Shown: positions 9,799 through 19,501 of the stretch, piece after piece
How positions within the stretch are numbered: position 1 is the first letter of the stretch
Layout of the letters: every line of letters starts with the position of its first letter
Notes under the pieces: model-generated
Database searches by the model: none
The model's input: the letters and a program-made list of their open reading frames with translations, nothing else
What the model was told of the DNA's origin: nothing
Translations under genes and position numbers: made by a program
Source: Candidatus Xenobia bacterium
GTDB taxonomy: Bacteria; Vulcanimicrobiota; Xenobia; Xenobiales; QWHO01
Length of the DNA stretch: 64,000 nt
Direction: 5' to 3'
NCBI GenBank assembly: GCA_045863235.1
Contig: BTUM01000038.1
Coordinates: forward strand, 9,263-73,262

Positions 9799-12700
9799 AT
9801 GCAATCCATTCGAGCCCTTCTCTTGGCCGTGGTGGCCCTTTGCCTGGTGGGCTGCAGCAGCGCCACCGCCCCGGTCAGCACCGGCCAGCCCGGCCCGGCG
9901 GTCCCCCAACCGGATGCGCCCTCGGCCGCCCTGGGAGCGCTGGTCTTCGCTTCCGGCGGCAACCTGGTGCGCACCGACCGACTGGGCCAGAATCCGGTCC
10001 AGCTGACCTCGACGTTCCACGATAGCGACCCCTACTTCCATCCCCACGGCCTCAACCTGGTTTTCTGCCGCCGACCGCTGGCGGGCGGGAAGCAGGACAT
10101 CTTCCTCATCTCTCCGGACGGCTCCAATGCCGTCGATCTGACCCGGAATTTCCCCCACGACGCTTTTGCCCCCATCTATTCCTCCGACGGCAGCTTCATC
10201 GCTTTCTCGGCCCGAGTTTCCCCGCAGGACGCCGATCTCTACGTCATGAACGCGGACGGAGGCAACCTGCGCCTGCTGACCCGTGGAGCCGAGGTGGACA
10301 TCCGCCCGGCCATCTCCCCCGACGGCAAGTCGGTGGTCTTCGAGCGCGAGACCTCCCCGGGGAAGTCCAGGCTCTGCAAGATCAGCCTGCAGGACGGTCA
10401 GGTGCAGGATCTGACCAGCGGCCTCTTCGACGACAGCCATCCCTCCTTCGTGCCGCCCGACAATGCGGTGGTGTTCACCCGCGACGGCACCATCATGCTG
10501 ATGAGGGACACCGGCCGGCCCGACCAGCTCTCCCTGCTCACCCCCGCCAGCCAGGCCGGCTTTCTGCGCCCCTCCTTCGGTCAGGATGTGATGTTCTTCC
10601 AGGCCGCCCCGGGGCTGAACGCTCGCGAGAAGAAGCGAGATGGGGGAGGGGAGATCTTCCGCATGGAGCTGGATGGATCGCCCACCATGCAGTTGACGCA
10701 GGGGGCTCAGGCCCAGGGACTGGCGGTGGGTCCCTCGGCGCCGGTCGGACCGGCTCCCGATCAGGTCACGGTGGAGGTGGTCAACGACAGCGGACTGGAC
10801 GATTCGCAAGTCTTCCTCCTCTTGGAAACCCCCGACCCGCTGCATAAGGACGGGGTGCCGGATCAGAGCGTGCAGGGGCCGCCCACGCTCTTGACCTCGT
10901 CGGGGGCAGCCGGCTCGAGCGCCACGGCCGAGGCCCTGGCGGGGCTGACTCCCACCGGGCAGAGCCTGCGCTCTCCCTATACTGGAAGGCTCCTGCCGGT
11001 TTACTCCTTCAAGGTGAACAACCTGACCTCGGGGCGCTTCCTCTTTTCTTACAACACGCCGGTGAAAATCACCAAAGGGGCAGCCCCCACGGCCGCCGAG
11101 CAGTACCGCTACGACAAGCTCGAGCTGACCTACGAGGGCGGCAAGGGGGTAGGCGGGGGCAACCTGACCGCCATCGACTTCTTCGGCATCCCGGCCCAGG
11201 TGGAGGTGATCCACTGGGGCCAGAGCGTGATCGACCCGCTGCAGACCAAGGGCTACTATGCTTCCACGCCCACGCTGCTCAATGAGATCAGCAAGCTGGG
11301 GAGCATGAAGCCTGCCGTGCAAGATGTGAGCGGCAACACCGGCACCATCGACCCCGCCAACCCCGACCCCAGCGCCTTCCCGCCCAACGCGGGCCCGACC
11401 AGCTTCGCTCGGCTGCTTTCCCCGGGGGGGCTGGCGGGCGCCAAAAAGGGGGTGACGGCACCCTATCCCGGTTTTGACGCCTACCTCAAGTCGCTGGTGG
11501 GCCAGACCTTCAACCTGAACGGGGGTCAGTTCGGGGGCTACCGTTACCAGGCCACGGTGGCCTCAGACGGAGCCGGTGGCTATGTGATCAACTGCTCGGG
11601 CACGACCACGGATTCCACCCAGTTCGACTCCCGGCTACCTCAGAACGCCGATGTCACCGTCAAGCTGCCCGCGAACGGCACCTCGGCCAAGGGCGATCCC
11701 ATCGGGATGGACTTTTTCATCTACGCCACCGTGGCCAACAAGGACTCTTACAGCGTGGCGGGCTTCCCCTTCGTGGACGATGCCCCGCCCGGCACGCTCA
11801 AGGCTCAGGACAAGGTGAACCTGGCCAACGCCAGTCCCTACGGGGCATTGCTCGGAGACCTGCAGGCAGCGCTGAACTTTGGCTATCCGGGGGGCAAATT
11901 TGGCTTCCGGGATGCCAACGGGGTCGTGGATCTCGACAGCCTCTACAACTCCACCGTGCTGCCTTATCCTTATCCCTTCGGGGGAGCCCGCACCGTCAAC
12001 GACGGCTACTACAACGCCTATGCGGGGATCTTCTACTACCTCTCGGACGCCTACGGCCACCCTTACAGCGACCGCCTGGCGGCGGCCAGTCCCCTCTACT
12101 CGCTGCGTAAGGGCGATACGGTGCGCATCACCCTGCTCAACGACAATCGCCTGGATGCGCCCCTGGTGAGCGTGACCGGCCAGACCGACGATTCTCTGAC
12201 CCTCTCCTGGCCAGCCATCGAGGGAGCCACGGGGTATGAGGTCAGTGCTTTCCCGGCCGTTCAGGCCCCCACCCTGAGCAACTCCGACCCGGTCACCTGC
12301 ACCCTTTCGGGTTTGCAGCCCGGAACGCCTTATCTGATCGAGGTTTCGGCCGTGGCAGGTGAGCGCGAGTCGGCCGTCCTGCCGGTGCAGGGAGTCACCA
12401 GCGGAACCCGCGACCCGCTCAACCAGGAGGGGATCAAGTTCCAGGTCGGCTTCGGCGCTCCGGACTTCAGGAACTCTCCCGAGGCGGGCGGTTTGAAGCG
12501 ACTGGAATACCGCGTCAACGGCACGCTGGTGGACGCCTATTTGCCCCCTCCCGGCCAGCCCTTGAAGACGGCCTTCATCAACGGGGCTCTGGGGCCCAAC
12601 CTCTTCGGCGTGGAGGTCAAGGATCCGGCCACGGGCGAGCTGGTCTACCAGGGCAACTACGTGGTGACGGCGGTCAAGAACGACGATACCCACTTCGACC

Positions 12701-12909
12701 TCGACACCCGCGATCCGGACACGCCCGAGAATCCCAACCCGAGCGGCAACTGCAGCGGAAACACCTTCCTGCAGTACAACCTGACGCCACTGACGGCGCA
12801 GCCGAAGCCACCCTACCCGAATGTGAATCCGCCCTACGTGATGGTCATCGGAACGCCGTTCAACCCCAAACCGTTCTACCGGCCCTTCCCGGTAGTGGCG
12901 CCCCGCTGA
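9799..12909 (+). CDS. Large lipoprotein: TolB-like (PD40) propeller + GH64-like beta-1,3-glucanase domain + FN3
   Basis: Lipobox LVGC; PD40 repeats (PIYSSDGSFIAF, PAISPDGKSVVF); SGRFLFSY...DKLELTY...NLTAIDFFGIP...YGHPYSD; FN3 LSWPAIEGATGY...LSGLQPGTPY. Confidence 0.65.
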   Translation: MQSIRALLLAVVALCLVGCSSATAPVSTGQPGPAVPQPDAPSAALGALVFASGGNLVRTDRLGQNPVQLTSTFHDSDPYFHPHGLNLVFCRRPLAGGKQDIFLISPDGSNAVDLTRNFPHDAFAPIYSSDGSFIAFSARVSPQDADLYVMNADGGNLRLLTRGAEVDIRPAISPDGKSVVFERETSPGKSRLCKISLQDGQVQDLTSGLFDDSHPSFVPPDNAVVFTRDGTIMLMRDTGRPDQLSLLTPASQAGFLRPSFGQDVMFFQAAPGLNAREKKRDGGGEIFRMELDGSPTMQLTQGAQAQGLAVGPSAPVGPAPDQVTVEVVNDSGLDDSQVFLLLETPDPLHKDGVPDQSVQGPPTLLTSSGAAGSSATAEALAGLTPTGQSLRSPYTGRLLPVYSFKVNNLTSGRFLFSYNTPVKITKGAAPTAAEQYRYDKLELTYEGGKGVGGGNLTAIDFFGIPAQVEVIHWGQSVIDPLQTKGYYASTPTLLNEISKLGSMKPAVQDVSGNTGTIDPANPDPSAFPPNAGPTSFARLLSPGGLAGAKKGVTAPYPGFDAYLKSLVGQTFNLNGGQFGGYRYQATVASDGAGGYVINCSGTTTDSTQFDSRLPQNADVTVKLPANGTSAKGDPIGMDFFIYATVANKDSYSVAGFPFVDDAPPGTLKAQDKVNLANASPYGALLGDLQAALNFGYPGGKFGFRDANGVVDLDSLYNSTVLPYPYPFGGARTVNDGYYNAYAGIFYYLSDAYGHPYSDRLAAASPLYSLRKGDTVRITLLNDNRLDAPLVSVTGQTDDSLTLSWPAIEGATGYEVSAFPAVQAPTLSNSDPVTCTLSGLQPGTPYLIEVSAVAGERESAVLPVQGVTSGTRDPLNQEGIKFQVGFGAPDFRNSPEAGGLKRLEYRVNGTLVDAYLPPPGQPLKTAFINGALGPNLFGVEVKDPATGELVYQGNYVVTAVKNDDTHFDLDTRDPDTPENPNPSGNCSGNTFLQYNLTPLTAQPKPPYPNVNPPYVMVIGTPFNPKPFYRPFPVVAPR

Positions 12910-12913
12910 GCCC

Positions 12914-13765
12914 TCAGCGCAACTCCTGGCGGTCGAGCCGGCTGGCGGGCGGATCCATCCGCGGCCCGAAGCGAGGGGCGTCGGCGCCCGCCGACAAGAG
13001 CATGCGCAGCACCCGAAAGCGCTGGCCCCGGTAGGGCTCGAGCAGCTCGAGCATGCGCTGATCGTCGGCCCGGGGCTCCCTGGCCAGGTTCCAGGCCACC
13101 AGGTTGGGCAACCCGAAGTCGCCCGTGGGCACGGCGTCAGGGTCGGCCAGGGCCAGGCCGGCCGTCCACTCGGCCGTCCACGGCCCGCACCCGACCAGCG
13201 AGCGCACCGCCCTGCGCAGGGCCTCCGGCTCGCGCAGGCGGTCGAGGCGGGACCAGGTCAGCCCCACCTCGCACAGGGCCCGACCTCGCTGCGGGTCCAC
13301 CTCGGCCCAGCCCAGCTCGCCCGCGGTCAGGCGGCGCATGCGTTTGGGGGAGAGCACCTTGAGGCCCAGCGGGGCCTCCTCGCCGAAGCGCTCGAGCAGC
13401 CTTCGGTGCGAGCGGGCCGCGTCGGTGTAAGCCACCCGCTGCTCCAGGATGCGCCGGTAGACGACCTCGTGCACGAAGGGCCAGCGTGCGAGCCGCACCG
13501 GCGCCCAGGGCAGCTCGAGCGCCGGGGGGTCGTCGGTCAGGCCAAGAATGTCGGCCAGTTGCTCGGTCGGAAAGGGCCCGTGGGTCCGTCCCACCAGCCG
13601 ATCACGATGTAGCTCGACCGACACCGCGGCCGGGCCCTGCTCGGTCCAGACCGCCTTCTGCCACCAGCCTGGACCGCGACGAACGTTCGGGTCGTGCCCG
13701 CCCAGGTGGTGGAAGGCCAGCGTGGCGGCCAGATCGTAGCCGGGCGGGAGGGGCAGCTCGATCAT
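12914..13765 (-). CDS. DNA-3-methyladenine glycosylase II (AlkA family, HhH-GPD)
   Basis: ILEQRV, HhH LVGCGPWTAE, DAVPTGD, LEPYRGQR. Confidence 0.88.
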   Translation of the reverse strand: MIELPLPPGYDLAATLAFHHLGGHDPNVRRGPGWWQKAVWTEQGPAAVSVELHRDRLVGRTHGPFPTEQLADILGLTDDPPALELPWAPVRLARWPFVHEVVYRRILEQRVAYTDAARSHRRLLERFGEEAPLGLKVLSPKRMRRLTAGELGWAEVDPQRGRALCEVGLTWSRLDRLREPEALRRAVRSLVGCGPWTAEWTAGLALADPDAVPTGDFGLPNLVAWNLAREPRADDQRMLELLEPYRGQRFRVLRMLLSAGADAPRFGPRMDPPASRLDRQELR

Positions 13766-15864
13766 CCCTCCACCTCGATGAGGAAGTAGTCCTGGACGCT
13801 CAGGTCGGCCTCGTCCATCAGGCTGAGGGCGTGGCGCAGCCGGAAGCGGGCCAGGGCGGCCAGGAAGGCCCAGGCCGGGCTGTCGGTCTGCTCGGCCAGC
13901 TGCTCGAGCTCGTCCAGGGCTTCGCTTGAGAGGCCATGCACCGAGGTGCAGGGAGGCACGGCGAAGACGTGGGTCTGACGGCCGGCCACCCCCACCGCCA
14001 ACAGCATGCCGTCAGGGGAGAAGTCCAGCTCGGTGATCGGTCCGGGGAGGGCCAGCACGCCGGCGCGCGTCCCCCGGTGGGTGTCGATCAGCTCCAGGAC
14101 GCGGCTGCGAGCCCGGGCCAGCCGAAAGCCATCGGGGGCAAAGCGAACCGGGCGCGAGTGAGCCGCGTCAAAGCGCGACACCACCTGCCCGGTGGCGATC
14201 TCGCGCGCCTCCAGGTGAGTCAAACCAGCTGTGAGCACCGTGCCGCCGGGTCCGAGCACGGCATCGTGCACGGGCTCCTCCGACTGCACCTGGCCTCGCA
14301 GAGCCCCGGTCTGGCGGTCGAGCACTCGCAGTTGGCGGCTGTCGTCGAACAAGAGCAGCGCCTCGCCGCGGCCGGGACGGACTTTGAGCCGCCCCGAGCA
14401 GGTGGCCTGGATGGTCCACAGCACTTCGGGCGGATCCACCCGCACCAGCTGCTGGTGCTCCAGCCCGGCGCACAGGAGCTGGTCGCATCCCAGCCAGAAG
14501 AGCCGCCACTTGCGGCTGGGGCGCAGGGTGAGCTCGTGGTCGCGCGAGGCCGAGCCGCGCGCGGTGTTCAGCAGCTTCAAGTTGGACTCGCCTTCCAGCA
14601 CGGCCAGGAGGCGGCCGTCGGGCGAAAAGGCGATGGTGGCCGGTTGGCTCACGACCGGGCGCGAGAGCAGAACGGGGTTGCCAGGCCGGCGAGCCAGCAG
14701 GCGCGTGGCGTACTGGGTCTTGCCAAAGCCGTAGGGGAGCTCCATGCCCTCCACCACGGCCAGACGGTCGCCGGCCGGGGAGAGGCGCCAGTTGCGTCCC
14801 TGAAAGCCGACCGGCATCTCCAGGAGGTGCACCTCCTTGAGGTCCACCCGGCAGAGCTTCGGGCCACCGAGCAAGAGCTCGCGCGGGGTGAGCCAGGTGA
14901 GGGGGGCGCCCTCGCTCCGCACCAGCTCTTCGGGGGTGAGCACCAGGTTGGGAGGGAGGCGTTCGAGCAGGAGCTGGAGGCTGGAGCGGTCCTCTTCCTG
15001 CGCGGGCAGAAAGTCCTGCTGGCGCAGAAAGTCGAGCACCTGGGCGGCCCAGAGCGGGGGGAGCCTGCTTACCAGGGCCCACAGCTCGGCCAGTCTGCCC
15101 GACGAGCGCAGCAGCTCGAAGTGGGTCTCCCACTCCGACAGGGACAGGTCCTGGCCCTCCAGCCGGCTGCCGGAGGTGAAGCGCACCGCCAGCTCGGCCT
15201 TGCCCAGGCGACGCAGCGAGGCCAGCATGCGCGCGCGCAGGCCGGCTCCGGCGCTCTCGTAGGCTTGCTTGAGGTAGGCGCCGTCGAAATCGAGTGCCTC
15301 CAGCTTTTCGGTCTGCTCGGTCAGGAGCAGGAAGGTCGAGCGCAGCGTGGGGTCCTCGGGCAAGAGCCCGGTGCCGAGGAGGGCCTGCTCGAGCGGGGCG
15401 GGCAACTGCTGCACCAGGAGCTGGCGAAAGAAGGCTTCCCGCCAGGGCAGAGGCAGCTGCCGGTCCACCCAGGCGCTCAGCTCCTCGGCCAGGGCTGGAA
15501 GATAGGGCAGATAGGAATCTGGAAGGTCCTGCAGCAGGCTCCGTTCACCCACCAGGAGGGCTGTGCGCAGGCGCAGCTCGGGAGGAGAGGCAGCCAGGTA
15601 GCGCCAGCGCCGGAGCAGCTCGGCGAGCTCGGGATGGCCGCCGGTGGCCCAGAGACGGGCCACCTCCAGGCGCGCTCGCGGGTCGGCCAGCATGCTCATT
15701 GCGTGAAACAGCTCGGGATCGGGGCTCTCGCAATACAGCCGCACCAGCCGGGCCACCGAGAAGGCGCTGCCCTGGGAGGCCTGCTCGCACACGGGGCGCA
15801 GCTTCTCATGGCGATCCTCGCGCTCGCGCCGTTGCTGCCAAAGACCCATGAGCCACTTGAGCAT
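13762..15864 (-). CDS. WD40-repeat protein with alpha-helical N-terminal region
   Basis: AFSPDGRLLAV, RFAPDGFRLA, DFSPDGMLLAV repeats; stop overlaps the AlkA-family start. Confidence 0.75.
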   Translation of the reverse strand: MLKWLMGLWQQRREREDRHEKLRPVCEQASQGSAFSVARLVRLYCESPDPELFHAMSMLADPRARLEVARLWATGGHPELAELLRRWRYLAASPPELRLRTALLVGERSLLQDLPDSYLPYLPALAEELSAWVDRQLPLPWREAFFRQLLVQQLPAPLEQALLGTGLLPEDPTLRSTFLLLTEQTEKLEALDFDGAYLKQAYESAGAGLRARMLASLRRLGKAELAVRFTSGSRLEGQDLSLSEWETHFELLRSSGRLAELWALVSRLPPLWAAQVLDFLRQQDFLPAQEEDRSSLQLLLERLPPNLVLTPEELVRSEGAPLTWLTPRELLLGGPKLCRVDLKEVHLLEMPVGFQGRNWRLSPAGDRLAVVEGMELPYGFGKTQYATRLLARRPGNPVLLSRPVVSQPATIAFSPDGRLLAVLEGESNLKLLNTARGSASRDHELTLRPSRKWRLFWLGCDQLLCAGLEHQQLVRVDPPEVLWTIQATCSGRLKVRPGRGEALLLFDDSRQLRVLDRQTGALRGQVQSEEPVHDAVLGPGGTVLTAGLTHLEAREIATGQVVSRFDAAHSRPVRFAPDGFRLARARSRVLELIDTHRGTRAGVLALPGPITELDFSPDGMLLAVGVAGRQTHVFAVPPCTSVHGLSSEALDELEQLAEQTDSPAWAFLAALARFRLRHALSLMDEADLSVQDYFLIEVEG

Positions 15865-15961
15865 CGAGCAAGCATTCTCGGGCAGCCGGGCGGGCCCTGT
15901 AGAGGAGTGCAGCGACCCGAGTGGAACTTGCCGCCAACTTTACTCCGATGGGGGTGCCACT

Positions 15962-17689
15962 GTGGCCGATGAACGCTGGGAACACCGCTGGGGCTTCAAA
16001 GACTCTGCTTTCGTCTTGAATGCGGACAAGAAGACCGTCAGCATGACGGGAGGGCGCTATCCGCTGTGCGGGTTCAAGATGCCCTACTTCCTGCCGTTCG
16101 TCGAGGAGATGCTGCAGATCAAGCTCGACTTCAGCCAGCCGCGCCGCGAGTCTCCCAAGAAGGTGCCCCCGCCTCAGGTCAACAGCGAGTTTCTGAGCGA
16201 GATCGACCGCCGATTCCCCGATCAGTACTGCCTGGAGGACCGTGACCGGCTCGTGCACAGCCACGGCCAGACCACGGCCGACGAGGTGGGCAAGGTCATT
16301 TACGGCCAGCTCGATCGCATCGCCGACATGGTCTTCCGGCCGCGTTCCACCGAGGACTGCATCAAGCTCGTGGAGTTGGCCGCCAAGCACGATGTCTGCC
16401 TGGTGCCCTACGGGGGCGGAACCAGCGTCAGCTGCGCGCTGCGCCTGCCCGAGAACGAGCATCGGATGATCGTCTCGGTGGACACCCGCTCGATGAACCG
16501 GGTGGAGTGGATCGAAAAGAGCAACCGGCGCGCCTCGGTGCAGGCTGGCATCACCGGGCTGCAGCTGGAGGAGGCGCTCAAGGCCGAGGGCTTCACCTCG
16601 GGCCACGAGCCCGACTCGATGGAGCTGTCCACGCTGGGTGGCTGGATCGCCACCAATGCGAGCGGCATGAAAAAGAATCGCTACGGCAACATCGAGGACC
16701 TGGTGGAGAGCTTCACCATGGTCACTCCCAGTGGCGTGGTGGAGCAGGAGTGCCCGGTGCCCCGCATGGCTCCCGGTATGCAGATCCAGAAGGCACTGTT
16801 TGGCTGCGAGGGAACGCTTGGCCTGATCACCTCGGCTGTGATCCGCATCCATCCCCTGCCCGAGGTCAAGAAGTACGGCTCCATCGTGTTCCCCGAGTTC
16901 GACCGGGGCATCGATTTTCTCTACGAGCTGTCTCAAAGCCGCGATCTGCCCGCCAGCGTGCGACTGGTGGACAACGTGCAGTTCCGCTTCGGGCAGGCCC
17001 TGAAACCTCGCCCTTCCGGCCTCAAAGCCATTTTCGAGGCCATTCAGAAGTTCGTGGTGCTCAAGATCAAGAAGTTCGACCCCCACAAGATGTGCGCCGC
17101 CACCTTTGTCTACGAGGGCAGCCCCGACGAGGTGAAAGCGCAAGAGCAGAGAGTGGCTCGCCTGGCTCCCAAGCACGGGGGATTGCTGGCCGGGGCCACC
17201 AACGGCCGGCGTGGCTACATGCTCACCTTTGCCATCGCTTACATCCGAGATTTCCTGGCCGACTACCACGTCATCGGGGAGACCTACGAGACCACCGTGC
17301 CCTGGACGCGCATCCGCGAGGTGTGCCAGGCGGTCGAGCGCACGGGCCTGGAGCTGCACAAGGAGTTCAACCTGCCCGGGCGGCCTTACATCTCGCCCCG
17401 CATCACCCAGATCTACCACACCGGGGTGTGCATCTACTTTACCCACGGGGCCTCGTTCAAGGACGTGAAAGACCCCGAGCACACCTTCGCGGTGATGGAG
17501 AAGCGCTTGCGCCAGGCCATCCTGGATGCGGGAGGCTCCATCTCCCACCACCACGGGGTCGGCAAGCTGCGCAAGGACTTCCTGCCGCGCGTTTTCTCGC
17601 CGGTGAGCGTGGGTACCATGCGCGAGATCAAGCAACAGCTCGATCCGCAGAATATCTTCGGCATCCGCAACAACGTGCTGGCCGAGTAG
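15962..17689 (+). CDS. Alkyldihydroxyacetonephosphate synthase-like FAD oxidoreductase (eukaryotic AGPS-type)
   Basis: VPYGGGTSV, GHEPDSMELSTLGGWIATNASGMKKNRYGNIED, GCEGTLG, GSISHHHGVGK, DPQNIFG. Confidence 0.85.
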   Translation: MADERWEHRWGFKDSAFVLNADKKTVSMTGGRYPLCGFKMPYFLPFVEEMLQIKLDFSQPRRESPKKVPPPQVNSEFLSEIDRRFPDQYCLEDRDRLVHSHGQTTADEVGKVIYGQLDRIADMVFRPRSTEDCIKLVELAAKHDVCLVPYGGGTSVSCALRLPENEHRMIVSVDTRSMNRVEWIEKSNRRASVQAGITGLQLEEALKAEGFTSGHEPDSMELSTLGGWIATNASGMKKNRYGNIEDLVESFTMVTPSGVVEQECPVPRMAPGMQIQKALFGCEGTLGLITSAVIRIHPLPEVKKYGSIVFPEFDRGIDFLYELSQSRDLPASVRLVDNVQFRFGQALKPRPSGLKAIFEAIQKFVVLKIKKFDPHKMCAATFVYEGSPDEVKAQEQRVARLAPKHGGLLAGATNGRRGYMLTFAIAYIRDFLADYHVIGETYETTVPWTRIREVCQAVERTGLELHKEFNLPGRPYISPRITQIYHTGVCIYFTHGASFKDVKDPEHTFAVMEKRLRQAILDAGGSISHHHGVGKLRKDFLPRVFSPVSVGTMREIKQQLDPQNIFGIRNNVLAE

Positions 17690-17731
17690 TTCAGCGCTCT
17701 TTCAGCCAACCCGGCTATGCTCGCTGGAGCT

Positions 17732-19501
17732 ATGGGTTGGAACGTCATCGGATGGATCAAGGAGCGCTTTGGGGGCACCCCGCCCCCGCCCCCGCCTCCG
17801 CCTGCTCCCCCGGCACCGGCACCCCGACCGGAGATGCCTGCGGACCGGTTTGCGCCCGCGCTCGACCCCGAGAATCCGGTGGGTCAGGTGGGGCTGGCGG
17901 CCATCCAGGCCTGCCGCACGGCATCCGACCGCCAGCAGCTGCAGGTGGCCTTTGGTGCCGTGGCGGCCGGCTTCCAGGGGGGAGCCCTGGGCCCGGCCGT
18001 GGCCCGGGCTTACCTCAAAGCCTACAACGATGGGATGAGCAAGGCGGGCTATGCCGACGGCGTGCGGGGCGGGCTCACCTGCCTGGCCGGGCTGGAGCCG
18101 GTCGATTCGCCCGCCGAGCTGGTGGCCTCCTGTGGGGCCGCCTCGCTGGGCTCGGGCAACACCGAGGAACGCTGCAAACTGGCCCACGCTTTCTCGCAAT
18201 CTCTCTCACAAAGTGAGCAACCGTTGAAGGGCCTGGTCCGAGCTTATCGGAGCGCGGCCTCGGCCGGCTTGAGCTGGGAGTATTACGACAGCTCGCTTCT
18301 GGCTGGCTGGCAGCGGCTCGGGCGCCACGGCGATCCTCAGACGGCCGAGTTTGCTCGCTCCATGGGCAAGGTGCAGAAGGCCGCTGACCCGGGTCGCGAC
18401 CGCGGCCGCATCGGCAGCCACGCCCTGGACGAGCTGGAGGGGGAGACGCCGGGTCGCCGCCTGGCCGGGTTGCTCGACAGGGCGGCCAACGAAGGGATGT
18501 CCTGGCAGAGCTTTCGAGCTTCCTCGCTGCAAGCTTTTCGCGAGCTGGAGAAGAGCTCGCAGGCGCCCGCCGACGAGCGCGATCTGGCGGCCGTGGCCCG
18601 CACCTGCCTCGAAGCCTGTAAGCACGACGAGAACGGGGGCAAGGTGGCCTGGAGCTTCCTCAAAGAGCTGCAGCGCGGGACCCCTGATCCGGGAGCCCGC
18701 CGCCTGGCCCGCACCCTGCTCGACGCCTCGGATCGCAGCCTGAGCTGGGAGAATTACTCCCGGGTCATTCGGGTGGGCCTGGAGGCGCTGGAGGCGGACG
18801 GTCCCGAGGCGGCCATTCTCGAGGCCGGCGCTCGCTCGATGGACGCCTGCAAAAGCGATGTGGACCGGGGCAAGGTGGGTCGCAGCCTGATGCGCCAGCT
18901 GAGCCACCCCTTGAGTGGACCTCCTGAAGTCGCCGTGGCTCGCATGATGAGTGCTGCCTCCGACGAGAACATGTCCTGGGAAAGCTACGGCTCGGCCTGC
19001 GAGGCAGCCCTGACAAGCCTGCGAGGCTTTCCCCTGGAGGAGGACAGCCGGCTCTACCTGGAGGTAGCCTGCGCCAGCCTGGCGGGTGGCCGCAACGCCG
19101 AGGAGCGAGGCAAGCTTGGTCGGGCCTTCCTGGCCGGACTGACCAGCCTGGACCCGGATCGTCCGGGGAAGGCTCTGGCCAGGGCCTTCCAGCAGGCTGC
19201 TCAGGACAATCTGTCCTGGGAGGGCTACGCCGACGCTTTGAAGGCTGGACTCTCGGCTCTGCGGGCCTCGGGCCGGGTGGGGGAATCTCTGGACGCCGCT
19301 CTGGCCGCGACCGGGACTGCACAGTCTCGGTGCCAGAGCTATCTTGCCGGCCTGGAGCGGATGGGCCCGCTGCTCGAGGCCCACGCCGAGGTGAAGAAGC
19401 TGGTCTCCAACCCGGCCTCACCGGGCGTGGAGGTTCGCGAGCAGCAGGTCACGGTGGGAGGCGTGCGCATCAAGGTGCGGCGCGAGGAGCCTTCTCCCTG
19501 A
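17732..19501 (+). CDS. Hypothetical protein with about six ~78-aa helical repeats and a Pro-rich N-terminus
   Basis: Recurrent [LM]SW[EQ]x[YF] and [ED]RG[KR][LVI] motifs about 234 nt apart. Confidence 0.75.
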   Translation: MGWNVIGWIKERFGGTPPPPPPPPAPPAPAPRPEMPADRFAPALDPENPVGQVGLAAIQACRTASDRQQLQVAFGAVAAGFQGGALGPAVARAYLKAYNDGMSKAGYADGVRGGLTCLAGLEPVDSPAELVASCGAASLGSGNTEERCKLAHAFSQSLSQSEQPLKGLVRAYRSAASAGLSWEYYDSSLLAGWQRLGRHGDPQTAEFARSMGKVQKAADPGRDRGRIGSHALDELEGETPGRRLAGLLDRAANEGMSWQSFRASSLQAFRELEKSSQAPADERDLAAVARTCLEACKHDENGGKVAWSFLKELQRGTPDPGARRLARTLLDASDRSLSWENYSRVIRVGLEALEADGPEAAILEAGARSMDACKSDVDRGKVGRSLMRQLSHPLSGPPEVAVARMMSAASDENMSWESYGSACEAALTSLRGFPLEEDSRLYLEVACASLAGGRNAEERGKLGRAFLAGLTSLDPDRPGKALARAFQQAAQDNLSWEGYADALKAGLSALRASGRVGESLDAALAATGTAQSRCQSYLAGLERMGPLLEAHAEVKKLVSNPASPGVEVREQQVTVGGVRIKVRREEPSP

